Below, in pieces: positions 46,966 through 57,012 of a stretch of 64,000 nucleotides of DNA. Every line of letters starts with the position of its first letter. Position 1 is the stretch's first letter. Origin of the DNA: Limisphaerales bacterium (GTDB lineage: Bacteria; Patescibacteriota; Microgenomatia; UBA1400; PJMF01); contig JBILGT010000001.1 of the NCBI GenBank assembly GCA_044350895.1, positions 41,874 through 105,873 on the forward strand, in the 5' to 3' direction. Under the pieces are notes generated by a model that did not search any database, was not told the origin of the DNA, and was given only the letters and a program-made list of their open reading frames with translations. The position numbers and the translations under genes were made by a program.

Positions 46966-47108
46966 ATGAAAAAAATTCTTATTATAGAAGACGATGCAGA
47001 CATTGCCGAAGCACTGCAGATGCATTTATTGCAAAACCTTTCGATATTTTTGAATTGGTCGCGCTTGTCAAAAGTTTGACAGAGAAGACTACAACGTCTG
47101 TTCAATAG
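46966..47108 (+). pseudogene. Remnant of a response-regulator receiver gene (N-terminus and C-terminal helix retained, core deleted)
   Basis: MKKILIIEDDADIAEALQMHLLQ, then out of frame KPFDIFELVALVKSLTEKTTTSVQ*. These are the first beta-strand and the final KPF...ELVARVK helix of a CheY-like receiver. The roughly 80 residues between them, including the phospho-accepting Asp, are missing. Confidence 0.4.
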
Positions 47109-47294
47109 ATTCTTCCAAAGGTGGCGGAGTGTTGGGAATTTCAGGTGGCTGTTGGAAAATAACCGAGGCAATTAAGCCAATAATAAAGAGCGCAATTGTA
47201 GTAAAGATTCCGATAAGTACATTTTTTTCTGGTTCTGAAGTAGCATGTGCTGGCGTTTTTTTCATAGTAGTTTGAAATATAGCATAAAAAATCG

Positions 47295-47846
47295 CTATTT
47301 GAGTTCATCAAGTGCATCTTCAATGGCTTTGATCAGCTTTGTAGAAAGCGTTTTGGTCATCTTTTTGGTGGCACCAATCTGCACCATCCGGATTTTTGCA
47401 CTCGTGCTCGTGGTAGCCATTGGCTCCAAAACTACAACTTTTCCGCACAGTTTCTTGAGTTCAGAAATTTCCTCATCAGTGTAAGTTTCTTGGGTTGCAA
47501 TCAAGACATCAGGATGCATGATTTTTATTAACTGCCAGCGTTCCACTTCATTAGGTTTTAAAATAACATGATCGACACACCTGAGATAGGTGAGCATTTC
47601 TGTGCGCTCATCTTCAGGCACAACGGGACGATCGGGACCTTTGCGTTGTTTGACCTTTGCGTCTGAATCAACGCCCACAAAGAGCACATCACCGTGTTTT
47701 TTTGCTTCTGTCAAATACCGCGCATGACCAATATGCAGCATATCAAAAGTGCCTTGAGTGAGGACAACAGATTTACCTGCATCATGATATTTTTGTATGA
47801 TTTCCGGAAGTTCTGCGTACGTATTGACGATGACTGAATTTGGCAT
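47295..47846 (-). CDS. Cytidylyltransferase-like nucleotidyltransferase (HldE/RfaE domain-II-like heptose-1-phosphate adenylyltransferase or TagD-like)
   Basis: TQGTFDMLHIGHARYL...VGVDSDAKVKQRKGPDRPVVPEDER matches RfaE-II GCFDxLHxGH...NSDxSxxRLKGxxRP. Confidence 0.6.
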   Translation of the reverse strand: MPNSVIVNTYAELPEIIQKYHDAGKSVVLTQGTFDMLHIGHARYLTEAKKHGDVLFVGVDSDAKVKQRKGPDRPVVPEDERTEMLTYLRCVDHVILKPNEVERWQLIKIMHPDVLIATQETYTDEEISELKKLCGKVVVLEPMATTSTSAKIRMVQIGATKKMTKTLSTKLIKAIEDALDELK

Positions 47847-47855
47847 GGATTAGTT

Positions 47856-48635
47856 CTAAAACAATTTCTGTAGAGTTGCAAGTTCAGTATGGTCAGTATA
47901 GTTTACTTTGCACGGGGTGAGTGTGATTTTCCCTTCTGCAATTTGATGTGAGTCCGTATCATGTGCGCTAATGATAGGAGGATCAATCTCGTTATATGAG
48001 AGCGTATACTTTTCACGATTTATAACGGTTCTATTTTCCCAGTAGTCGCCAGGGCCAGTGGGTACAACAGCAACTTCTTGTGTGGGAGTAGCAGGGAAAT
48101 TTACATTCCAGAATACCTCAGGTGGAAAGACTGCATCCAGAGCTTTTTTAATGAAAAATTCCACCATGTTGCCCGGATAGGCAATAAGTTTTTCATTAAA
48201 TGATCCATCATGTTCTCTAAACCAGTCGTGGTCGGGAGTTTGCATGGAAAAAGCTATAGCTTTAGTCTGGCGAGTTTGTGCTGCAGTCACCGCTGCTGCC
48301 ACAGTTCCTGAACGGTGAATCTGATTACTGACATTTATTCCTAGATTTACTCCGCTAACAACAAGATCTGGGGTTCGATCCAAATAATCATATGCGAAAA
48401 AGACTGCATCACTTGGTGTACCTTCCACCCAGAGTGCTTCAGTACCATCTACGATTTCTGTGCCCCATGCACAATGAGTTGAAACGGTAATTTTTGCACC
48501 AACAGCAGATTGTTGCTGTTTGGTGCCGACAATTTTGAAATCAGCAAACTGTTCCACAACGCGTTTGACCAAGATCAATCCCTCGGCGCGAATTGAGTCA
48601 TCACCAGTGAGTAAAATAAACGGACGTTTTTGCAT
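47856..48635 (-). CDS. surE: 5'/3'-nucleotidase SurE
   Basis: ILLTGDDSIRAEGL...SAVGAKIT matches SurE ILLSNDDG...SGxSxxLT. Confidence 0.7.
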   Translation of the reverse strand: MQKRPFILLTGDDSIRAEGLILVKRVVEQFADFKIVGTKQQQSAVGAKITVSTHCAWGTEIVDGTEALWVEGTPSDAVFFAYDYLDRTPDLVVSGVNLGINVSNQIHRSGTVAAAVTAAQTRQTKAIAFSMQTPDHDWFREHDGSFNEKLIAYPGNMVEFFIKKALDAVFPPEVFWNVNFPATPTQEVAVVPTGPGDYWENRTVINREKYTLSYNEIDPPIISAHDTDSHQIAEGKITLTPCKVNYTDHTELATLQKLF

Positions 48636-48708
48636 ATCGGACAGTGTACTGGCCAGATGTCAGAAAGGGAACAGTTATTTTTGGGTGTAGGTATGATAAA
48701 GTACAACT

Positions 48709-48954
48709 ATGCAAGATTCTGATCCAGATACAGTGACTGATTCAAAAACCATTTTTGATGTTTCTTTATCAGAGGTTTTTTGGAGAAATGTCGTAGCTGG
48801 AGCAGGCCGAGCCCTGGGTGCAATCATCTTGCAAGCTATTTTTCTAATTGTTATTGTGAATTTATTTATGAAGCAGGTGTGGCCAATTATTGAGCCGATT
48901 CTTGGTACATTACAGACCACCACACAGACCTTGGAAAGATTCACTCTACAATAA
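48709..48954 (+). CDS. Small hypothetical membrane protein
   Basis: 81 aa. One TM (LGAIILQAIFLIVIVNLF). Confidence 0.35.
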   Translation: MQDSDPDTVTDSKTIFDVSLSEVFWRNVVAGAGRALGAIILQAIFLIVIVNLFMKQVWPIIEPILGTLQTTTQTLERFTLQ

Positions 48955-48968
48955 TTTTTGAAAGTACT

Positions 48969-49544
48969 ATGCATGTATTCATGATCGCAGCTATCACCGT
49001 AGACGGCTTCATTGACCGAGGTTCACACAGTGCCTCGACAGTGTGGACGAGTGCTGAAGATAAAAAATTCTTCACTGAACGCACCAAAAAAGCTGGAGTC
49101 ATTGTGATGGGAAGGACTACTTTTGAAACATTTGGTCGAGCACTTCCTGGAAGAAAGATTTTTGTTCTGTCTTCTCAACCTAAACCAGAAAAGTACGCCG
49201 CCATTCCCGATGGGGCAGTGGAATATACCTCACTCAAACCAGCCGAGTTACTTGAACAACTTGAGACAACAGAACTAATGGACGAATCTGGGACACCACA
49301 AAAAATCACAGAAGTCGCAATCTGTGGTGGATCAAGTATTTATTCCCAATTTATGGAAGCTGGACTTATTTCCACCATGTACCTGACGATGGAACCAGTT
49401 GTTTTTGGTGAAGGAATTAAATTATTTTCTCAAACGGTTAGCCGCAGTATTACGCTCAAGTCAGTCACACACCTCTCTGAGCAGACGTTGCTGCTTGAAT
49501 ATACAGTGGGTCAAACACCATCGCCACAAGCTATAAATTTGTAA
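48969..49544 (+). CDS. folA: Dihydrofolate reductase
   Basis: VIVMGRTTFETFGRALPGRKIFVLSSQP matches DHFR [33 protein letters not shown] matches GGxxxY. Confidence 0.75.
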   Translation: MHVFMIAAITVDGFIDRGSHSASTVWTSAEDKKFFTERTKKAGVIVMGRTTFETFGRALPGRKIFVLSSQPKPEKYAAIPDGAVEYTSLKPAELLEQLETTELMDESGTPQKITEVAICGGSSIYSQFMEAGLISTMYLTMEPVVFGEGIKLFSQTVSRSITLKSVTHLSEQTLLLEYTVGQTPSPQAINL

Positions 49545-49590
49545 TAGATCAAAATACACAGTAGTGTGATTTTCTACACAGGAATACATA

Positions 49591-50019
49591 ATGCTCGTAC
49601 ATATAAAACGCTTCGATAGCACACTGCCGCTTCCTGAGTATAAAACTTCAGGTGCTGCCGCACTTGATTTGTATGCTCGAGAAACAACCACGATACCGCC
49701 GCGAGGAGTAGGGTATGTGCCACTTAATATTGCTCTCCAGCTCCCGCCAGATTGCTTCGCAATTCTTGCTGCGCGGAGTAGTTTGCATAAAAAAAGCCTC
49801 ATGGTGGTGAATGGCATTGGCATCGGTGATTTTGACTACCGTGGTGATGGCGATGAGTACAAAGCCGCACTCTATAATTTTTCTGATGCAGCAGTAGAAA
49901 TTGAACGAGGTGAGCGGATTGTGCAGCTCCTGGTTATGTCCAGAGAAAAAGTAGAATGGAAAGAACAGTCACAGTTTCTTGATGAAAACCGTGGCGGTTT
50001 TGGTTCCACAGGCAAATAG
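49591..50019 (+). CDS. dut: dUTP diphosphatase
   Basis: dUTPase motifs including RGGFGSTG (motif V) and AARSSL. Confidence 0.85.
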   Translation: MLVHIKRFDSTLPLPEYKTSGAAALDLYARETTTIPPRGVGYVPLNIALQLPPDCFAILAARSSLHKKSLMVVNGIGIGDFDYRGDGDEYKAALYNFSDAAVEIERGERIVQLLVMSREKVEWKEQSQFLDENRGGFGSTGK

Positions 50020-50096
50020 ACAGCTCCACTCTTTACACCCTTTATGTGGCATTTCAATACTTGCGCGAGCACAACATGTTGTGGTTTCCTTATTGA

Positions 50097-51113
50097 TTGA
50101 ATATGTCAGCACCCTTAGAAAAAGAACGACTTTCACAACAACTTGATGAGCTCTTTTTACAATCACCACGTCGCACTTCTGAAGTGACTGAGTTCCCAGA
50201 TTCAGAGGCTCACCGACAGCATGAACCGACATCACCATTTGGTACAAATCCTCCAGAAATGGTGGTTTTTCCTTCGAATAGTTATAGAAAAGCCATCATG
50301 CTGTACTGGTCGTTGGTGGAGCAGTACGACCTCACACAGTGGCCAGATTTTGTGGGACATATTCAGCACCTTCCAGAAGAACTCACCGATGCAGCCTCAG
50401 TTGTGACATATTTTGAAAAGCATATTCATAACGGTAATGGAGTAGTACGGCATCCGTTTTTAATTGGGCATCTGCCCGATGGTATTCCACTGTACTTATG
50501 TCCCACCGATGGCGAAACCAGTAGTAATGATGACCCCGTCCAAGAAGCACGTAATAAAATTGCTGATATCCGCCATTTATTTGCAAGCAGAGATGTTGTT
50601 TTCTTTGCAACAGATGCTGTCCAAGATATTCGTACCTCTGAGCAAAAGCTGGGTAAGCCGATGAATCGAGCTGAATACCAGGTGGCTGCACAAAACGGTG
50701 AAGTAGATATTTTTAAGGCAGAGTATTTGCAACGCTTTTATGTATCACCAGATGATGAGCCGCTGTATGACCGCCATATAACAGGTCTTGTTGTCGAGCG
50801 TGGTGATGTTCAATATGAAGAAGAAATTGTGCTCTCGGTGGAAGTTCAGGAGTGGCTATTGCAGTTTGTGGAAGTACATCTGGGCATGGGGGGTGGCGGA
50901 ATTTTCCAGCAGCTTGTAGGGTTCCTTGAACAGCAAGAACGCGAAATTTGGCTCAAGCTCCAAAATGATGATTTGGCAGAGTATTTGCAAGGAATCGATT
51001 CTCAGCTCTGGTCTTTTACAGTAATTTTTCATATTATGGGAGTACCAGCATGGAAAATACTGGCAGCTTTTGAACATGTATCTCAAGAACTGCCAGCTAA
51101 GGAGTTTGCATGA
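50097..51113 (+). CDS. Hypothetical protein
   Basis: 338-aa ORF. Its stop overlaps the tmk start. Confidence 0.4.
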   Translation: MNMSAPLEKERLSQQLDELFLQSPRRTSEVTEFPDSEAHRQHEPTSPFGTNPPEMVVFPSNSYRKAIMLYWSLVEQYDLTQWPDFVGHIQHLPEELTDAASVVTYFEKHIHNGNGVVRHPFLIGHLPDGIPLYLCPTDGETSSNDDPVQEARNKIADIRHLFASRDVVFFATDAVQDIRTSEQKLGKPMNRAEYQVAAQNGEVDIFKAEYLQRFYVSPDDEPLYDRHITGLVVERGDVQYEEEIVLSVEVQEWLLQFVEVHLGMGGGGIFQQLVGFLEQQEREIWLKLQNDDLAEYLQGIDSQLWSFTVIFHIMGVPAWKILAAFEHVSQELPAKEFA

Positions 51114-51742
51114 GTGATCCTAAACAAGGTTTTTTAATCACATTTGAAGGCGGAGAAGGTGGCGGAAAAACCACGCAAATAGTGCGACTTCGTGACAAGC
51201 TCACTCAAGCTGGAAAAGACGTCGTAGTGCTTCGAGAACCGGGTGGAACCGTCATTAGTGAACAAATCCGTGAAGTAGTGCTTTCAGCCAAAAACTCAGG
51301 CATTTCGTACACTACAGAGGTTCTGCTATTCCAAGCTGCTCGGGCGCAAATTTATAGAGAAATTGTGCTGCCATCGCTGGCCGCTGGTAAGGTTGTACTC
51401 ATGGATCGTTCTCGAGATAGCAGTGTCGTGTACCAGGGAATGGTGCGTGGCTTTGGTAGAGAATTGATTGATCAACTCAATAATATTTCCACCAAAGATA
51501 CCTATCCAAATCTCACATTACTCCTTGATGTGGAGCCTAAGGTGGGACTACAACGCCAAGCAGATGCAGGGGGGAATAATCGGTTTGAGATGGAAGATAT
51601 TTCATTTCACGATAAAGTGCGCCAAGCGTATCTTGATTTGGCCAAGTCAGACACCAAAAATCGCTGGGAAGTAATTGATGCTGGAAAGTCACTTGATGCA
51701 GTGTCTGAAGCAGTCGTGCAGGCGGTGATGAAGCGGTTGTAA
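51110..51742 (+). CDS. tmk: Thymidylate kinase
   Basis: P-loop FEGGEGGGKTT, DRSRDSSVVYQG (DRY/LID region). Confidence 0.85.
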   Translation: MSDPKQGFLITFEGGEGGGKTTQIVRLRDKLTQAGKDVVVLREPGGTVISEQIREVVLSAKNSGISYTTEVLLFQAARAQIYREIVLPSLAAGKVVLMDRSRDSSVVYQGMVRGFGRELIDQLNNISTKDTYPNLTLLLDVEPKVGLQRQADAGGNNRFEMEDISFHDKVRQAYLDLAKSDTKNRWEVIDAGKSLDAVSEAVVQAVMKRL

Positions 51743-51857
51743 CTGTTACAATTTTTTAAACAACCCTCACTCGAGTAAGTATTTACTGCGTATATTTATA
51801 CCCTATAGTTGTTGACAAATAGTGTGTTCTGAACTATAATGGCTTTTTGGGTTATAC

Positions 51858-53093
51858 ATGACTCAAATAAATCACGAACACGTATTCTCATTAGCCGAGA
51901 CAGTCGATACACGACTCGATCAATGGCTTAAAAAGTTCCCAGTATTAGCACAACCACTTTTGCAAGAGGCCACTTTGGACTTCGATGTTGTGCCAGTTAC
52001 TGGAAATATAGCAGAAACATCTCAAGTACATCCCGATGCATTTGATGCACGAGGACGCCTATTTGATCCTGAATATGTTGAAAATGAAGCCCTATTTGGA
52101 CATCTCACACCAAAGTTTCCTGAACAAAGCAAAATAGTGCTTGATAGAGCCCGCCACTCGGCTGATGTCTTGGCGCGCTTGAGCGAGGGAACCAATTTGC
52201 GAACTCCTGAAAATGGTTTGGGATTGGCTGAAGCACAAGCTTGTATCAATTGGTTGTGTGAAATTCAGCCTTCTCAAGATACCTATGTCTATCAAGCTCC
52301 AGACCTGCTGCGGTTCAGCCTAGATGTCCAACTGAACAACGTCAAAAACCGTTTGCTGCCACATAGTTTGGCGGCAGGCTTGGTGTCATATCACTTGGCT
52401 CTTCAAATGAATAGATTGGCGGGTCACGAAGTAGTGAATCCATATTATGTCCTTATTCAGAATTTAATTCATGAATCACAGCGCATGATTACCCATGATG
52501 TCATTATTCACGACGCATTATTGCCCAAAGTTCTCTTACGAGCACTGGGACACATGGACTTTGCGCAAGATCACGGCGAACATCACCCACGTATTTTGGA
52601 TGTAGACGCAGAAGAGCTTTCATTAGAGCAACGTATTCAGTTCCTTCTCTGGCCAGGTGACGCTTTTACCAAAGCCAGTCCGGACGAAGGCAATCCATTC
52701 AAAACAGCAGACGGAAAGCCACATTTCAGAAGAGCGGAAGACGGAGTGTCAGAGGTTCTTAATTCGCTGCCTAACTACAACAAAACCGTCACCAAAGAAG
52801 ATGTGGAAGCAGCAAAAGAAACAGGTGAGTATCTCCAATTATTGCTGAAAGTATTTGGTCACAATATTAAGTCAGTGATTCAATATGTCATAGATCTGGG
52901 AATGTTATCAAAGATCCCAGCAGAACTTGAACAGCATGGTGTTTCACTCCAAGCTGCTTTGGATGAAGTAGAACCTGTGTGGGCAAAAGTATTGACAATA
53001 TTCTGGAATAACAACAATCTTTCCCATGAACAAATGGCCACAGTCATGAATATAGAGTTGCAAGAATTCCTCGTGGGACATCCTGCACGCTAA
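51858..53093 (+). CDS. Hypothetical protein
   Basis: 411-aa ORF with no recognisable motif. Confidence 0.4.
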   Translation: MTQINHEHVFSLAETVDTRLDQWLKKFPVLAQPLLQEATLDFDVVPVTGNIAETSQVHPDAFDARGRLFDPEYVENEALFGHLTPKFPEQSKIVLDRARHSADVLARLSEGTNLRTPENGLGLAEAQACINWLCEIQPSQDTYVYQAPDLLRFSLDVQLNNVKNRLLPHSLAAGLVSYHLALQMNRLAGHEVVNPYYVLIQNLIHESQRMITHDVIIHDALLPKVLLRALGHMDFAQDHGEHHPRILDVDAEELSLEQRIQFLLWPGDAFTKASPDEGNPFKTADGKPHFRRAEDGVSEVLNSLPNYNKTVTKEDVEAAKETGEYLQLLLKVFGHNIKSVIQYVIDLGMLSKIPAELEQHGVSLQAALDEVEPVWAKVLTIFWNNNNLSHEQMATVMNIELQEFLVGHPAR

Positions 53094-53105
53094 GGCATCT
53101 ACCTC

Positions 53106-53753
53106 TTGTCTAAGCAGAGCAATTTGAGTAGGCTAGTGGGCATGATGAAACTGCCGCGCGCGATTCGGGAACTGACTGAAACTTTTGAAAAACTACCAGG
53201 TATTGGTCCAAAATCTGCACAACGATTAGTATTTTATTTACTGCACTATCCAGAGCATCGCTTAGAGGAGTTTGCAAATCGCCTCACTGCGCTCAAAAAG
53301 GGGACAGTGCTGTGTAGCATGTGCCATAACGTCAGCGAACAAGATCCGTGTGAAGTGTGTTCTGATCCGAGCCGCGATCAATCAATTCTGTGTATTGTTG
53401 AGCAACCACTCGATGTTTTAGCTCTGGAGCGCTCAAATTCTTTTCATGGTCTCTATCATGTCTTGCACGGCTCAATTGCACCACTCAATAATATTGGACC
53501 AGAACAACTATTTTTGCATGACGTAGCAAAGCGCCTTAGTGAAATAAAAGAACTTATCATTGCTACCAATCCCACCATGGAAGGTGAAGCAACGGCTTTG
53601 TATATCAGCGAATTTTTACAACAGTCATCTCGAGTTGATATGAATACACTCAAAATTACACGCATAGGTCATGGGTTACCAATTGGCGCTGACATAGAGT
53701 ATGCTGACGGGGTTACTCTTAAGCGAGCTCTTGAGGGAAGACGAAGTGTGTAG
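53106..53753 (+). CDS. recR: Recombination protein RecR
   Basis: HhH LPGIGPKSAQRL, C4 zinc finger CSMCHNVSEQDPCEVC, and a Toprim domain. Confidence 0.85.
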   Translation: MSKQSNLSRLVGMMKLPRAIRELTETFEKLPGIGPKSAQRLVFYLLHYPEHRLEEFANRLTALKKGTVLCSMCHNVSEQDPCEVCSDPSRDQSILCIVEQPLDVLALERSNSFHGLYHVLHGSIAPLNNIGPEQLFLHDVAKRLSEIKELIIATNPTMEGEATALYISEFLQQSSRVDMNTLKITRIGHGLPIGADIEYADGVTLKRALEGRRSV

Positions 53754-53791
53754 TCTGGGTGGACATTCTCTGATTAACTGATTTTGTAGGA

Positions 53792-56700
53792 CTAATACTC
53801 AAAATCATCTTCTTCTAAAAACTGTCTCAAACTCTGTATCCCTCGATGTCGGAGTGCTTTAATAGAGCCTTCCGTTTTATTTAGCATCTCTGCCATTTCA
53901 GAAATTGAGTAACCCTCAAGGTATTGTAGAGTAATTATCTCTGCTTGTTCTTCCGTTAGGCGACTAATTGCCTTGCGAAGTTTAAGCGCATCATAACTTG
54001 CAGCGGCCATTGCAACTGGATTATGTTCATGACGATCTGTGATCAATGAGTCTTCCAGTTCCACTTGCTGTTGCCGATCTCGTTGCCGGTAGTAGTCAAT
54101 CACTCGATTATGCGCAATACGATAGAGCCATCCAGAGAAAGAGCTGTGCCAGGCTTTGTCCGCTCTGATTGCCTCCAGCATTTTCAAAAATACTTCAGCT
54201 GTTAATTCTTCTGCTAACGATTCATTTCCAGTGCGGCGATAAATATAGCTATAGATACGGGCTTCATAGCGATCATACAGTTCCTCCAAAGCCCGTTCAT
54301 CAAAGGAGGCAGCCCGAACCTCGAGTTGTTTTACAAGGGCTTTTTCATCAGGTTTTACTTTTTCATCTGATAAAATATCTCTAACCTCAGATGCATCAAA
54401 TCCATATTTTGCATCATATGCAGCAAAATCACTGGGATCAACTATTTCTCCTTCGAGAGCTGAATTGGCTGGTGCTGGAGTAGGTTCTAGTGCGGTTCTG
54501 GATTGTTCATCTGATTGCTGTGGGACCTCGACAGCGTCAGCAGGGATCTCAGAATCTCGCTCTAGTCTTTGCCTAGAAGTAGGAATGGTTTTTCCAGCAG
54601 CAGCTTTTCTTGTTGTATTAGTTTTCTTGCGCCTTACAGTGTCCGTTACTTTTTTCTTATTTTCAGTTTTTTGTTTATCAGGTACAGCTGGTGCTCCGTC
54701 AGCAAGTTCAGCTAATTGTGAAAATGAAACTTCAGGCCCAAGTACTTCGACTTGAGCTTCTGGTGTTATAGCCACAGTAAGGGCAGGCGGAGCGTCAATC
54801 ACAGTTTCTTGAGCGGGCGCCTCATACAAGTGATCTAAAAGTGGTAAGAGTTTGATCTGCCGTGGTTCAAAAAGGTCTGCCATTCTCACTCTGAGAGCTT
54901 GCACATGACTGGTAGTTTCATGTTCTAATTGGATAGTTGGGGCAGGTTCAGGCCCAAGAACAGGAGTGTCATTGGGTACGGCATACAGATGATCAAGTTT
55001 TGGTAATAACTTGATAGGCTGACGTTCAAAAAGATCCGGATTTTTCTTGCGCAGTGCTCTCAATTGTGTAACCTCAGGAGATTCAGTTAGTACAGACTCA
55101 GGCATGACAAATTTTGAGATTGGTTTTTCCAGCACAGGAGCCGCTTCAGAGGTTTGATTGATCTCATCAATTAGTTCAAGGAGTCCGGGATTTGTAGCAA
55201 GGGGAACTTCTTGAGGAACTTTTGGTCGTCTCGTTCTCTTTGGTGTACTGGTTCGTGCCTGAGTTTCACGTTTAGGGATTGTTACAGCTGGTTGCGGTTC
55301 AGGTTCAGATGTTTGAGATATCTCGGATTCATCTTGGCTAAATCTCTCAAGATTCCTCAGGATTGCGGGGGAAAAGGATCGAGCACGTCCTTTGGGTTTA
55401 CCAGTTGAAAGTGGAGCTTGTTGCTGCGTTGTTTCAACACTTGGCGCAATTCGTTCACTTAGAGGAAGTACCCAAACATTTGAATCTTCTGCCAAGTCCT
55501 CAGCTGATTTTGGTTCCATCGCGGCAAGTGCTTTATCTTCCGCTGATGTATTATTGTCACGAGTGTTATCAACCAACCGTGGATTAAACCACCTCCAGAG
55601 CACCGCTTGATGGCAGAAAAAAGTAGATATCAGGCCGCGTAGTGTGCTCATAACATACCCTCTGACATGGTTGAAGTGATATCTTCCATCCTTTACGCCG
55701 CGAAAAATTCGTTCATACAAATCTTGTACGATGTCATCATACGAAACACCACCTCTTGCGACTATGCCCATGCGGCCTTTCACATAATTGAGGAGCATTG
55801 GATAATTGTCTGAAAAAAAATCATTGAGTTCATACAACAATTCATCCGTGCTTTTTGTACTGGTCTCATTTGCTCCTTCTAGGAGCTGTTCCAATTCTGC
55901 TTCAACCGCTTGAAACTCTTTTTCTTCATCTGAAGGACTTTCTGATGCTGCTGGAATACTAATTTCAGGAAGTGCCGCTGTAGCTCTTGCACTACTAATT
56001 TCACCATAGAGCTTCTTCTTCCGCAAAAATTCATCTACCATTTCTGGTCTAAAATTGGGAACATCATTTCTTAAACTTGCAATAACGTGATCCAAAATGT
56101 CATGACTTTCGAAGTCATAGTGGGGGACAGTTCGAGGTTTTCCCACAGTTGTTTCGGTCTCATCCCCTGGAGCATCAGCTTCAGGTAATTGCTGATAGGC
56201 TGCACTTAAGCTATCTCTTCCACGTTTTATTCTAGATTTTGTAGCACCTAGTGTAGTCTCAAGATCTGGAATGACTGAGGTAACTATCAAACTAATTTCT
56301 TCGTTTGAGAGGTCTGGCTCGTATGTCCTGAGTGCCAGTGATAGTCTTTGTGACGGGGGCATTCGTTTGAAAGCAGTTAATAAACGTACTTTTTCATCAT
56401 AGGAAAGTACGCTCGATTCAGGAATATTAAAACGTTCAGATTCAGTGTAATACTGTTCATTCTCACCATCATCTATTCTGGCAAATGGGTCACCACTTCT
56501 ATAGAGTGTGTTTTGCGTATGCAAAGTATGTAACTCATGATGGATATGTTGATCAAGATGCCCGGTAAGCGGACCTTTTCTGATCCTTCGAGATACCTCT
56601 TTGAGAGCTCGATAGATCAAACCTAGTGGACGTGAGTTCTTCTTTACATCTCCGTAAATTTCACTGATAACGTAATCAATAAGTTCTTTATTAGCTCTGG

Positions 56701-56851
56701 AGTCGGGGACTATGTACTCGTAGAGCTCTCTGAGCTGATCGATTTGGGAGTTACGTAACGATTCAGGATTAAGAATATTAAAAACTTTACAGATGTTTTC
56801 TGCTAATTGTTGGGGTTGAATTTCAACTGCTTGCTCATGTACCTCTGCCAT
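53792..56851 (-). CDS. Giant sigma-70/ECF-family protein: complete ECF sigma (regions 2 and 4) at the C-terminus, preceded by an ~800-aa extension with additional region-4-like and region-2-like segments and an internal repeat
   Basis: C-terminus: LEELYDRYEARIYSYIYRR...AEELTAEVFLKMLEA...WLYRIAHNRVIDYYR (region 2, nt about 54150-54300) and LTEEQAEIITLQYLEGYSISEMAEMLNKTEGSIKALRHRG (region 4). Extension: MPPSQRLSLALRTYEPDLSNEEISLIVTSVIPDLETTLGATKSRIKRGRDSL (region-4-like HTH, nt about 56216-56370). DDIVQDLYERIFRGVKDGRY...RGYVMSTLRGLI (region-2-like, nt about 55640-55740). Repeats DLFERQPIKLLPKLDHLY and DLFEPRQIKLLPLLDHLY (nt 54971-55027 and 54822-54878). Confidence 0.55.
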   Translation of the reverse strand: MAEVHEQAVEIQPQQLAENICKVFNILNPESLRNSQIDQLRELYEYIVPDSRANKELIDYVISEIYGDVKKNSRPLGLIYRALKEVSRRIRKGPLTGHLDQHIHHELHTLHTQNTLYRSGDPFARIDDGENEQYYTESERFNIPESSVLSYDEKVRLLTAFKRMPPSQRLSLALRTYEPDLSNEEISLIVTSVIPDLETTLGATKSRIKRGRDSLSAAYQQLPEADAPGDETETTVGKPRTVPHYDFESHDILDHVIASLRNDVPNFRPEMVDEFLRKKKLYGEISSARATAALPEISIPAASESPSDEEKEFQAVEAELEQLLEGANETSTKSTDELLYELNDFFSDNYPMLLNYVKGRMGIVARGGVSYDDIVQDLYERIFRGVKDGRYHFNHVRGYVMSTLRGLISTFFCHQAVLWRWFNPRLVDNTRDNNTSAEDKALAAMEPKSAEDLAEDSNVWVLPLSERIAPSVETTQQQAPLSTGKPKGRARSFSPAILRNLERFSQDESEISQTSEPEPQPAVTIPKRETQARTSTPKRTRRPKVPQEVPLATNPGLLELIDEINQTSEAAPVLEKPISKFVMPESVLTESPEVTQLRALRKKNPDLFERQPIKLLPKLDHLYAVPNDTPVLGPEPAPTIQLEHETTSHVQALRVRMADLFEPRQIKLLPLLDHLYEAPAQETVIDAPPALTVAITPEAQVEVLGPEVSFSQLAELADGAPAVPDKQKTENKKKVTDTVRRKKTNTTRKAAAGKTIPTSRQRLERDSEIPADAVEVPQQSDEQSRTALEPTPAPANSALEGEIVDPSDFAAYDAKYGFDASEVRDILSDEKVKPDEKALVKQLEVRAASFDERALEELYDRYEARIYSYIYRRTGNESLAEELTAEVFLKMLEAIRADKAWHSSFSGWLYRIAHNRVIDYYRQRDRQQQVELEDSLITDRHEHNPVAMAAASYDALKLRKAISRLTEEQAEIITLQYLEGYSISEMAEMLNKTEGSIKALRHRGIQSLRQFLEEDDFEY

Positions 56852-57012
56852 AAAAAAATTATTGTAACTATCAATTCACTTGAAAAATCTCTCATCATAG
56901 CGTACTATAAAACCAATGTTTACAGCAATGACTCCTTATTTTTTAGATTGAAAAAGAGGGGTTTTTTTGTTTATTGATGACTTCGGTAGTAAGTATGTGA
57001 AAGGAGGCACCT

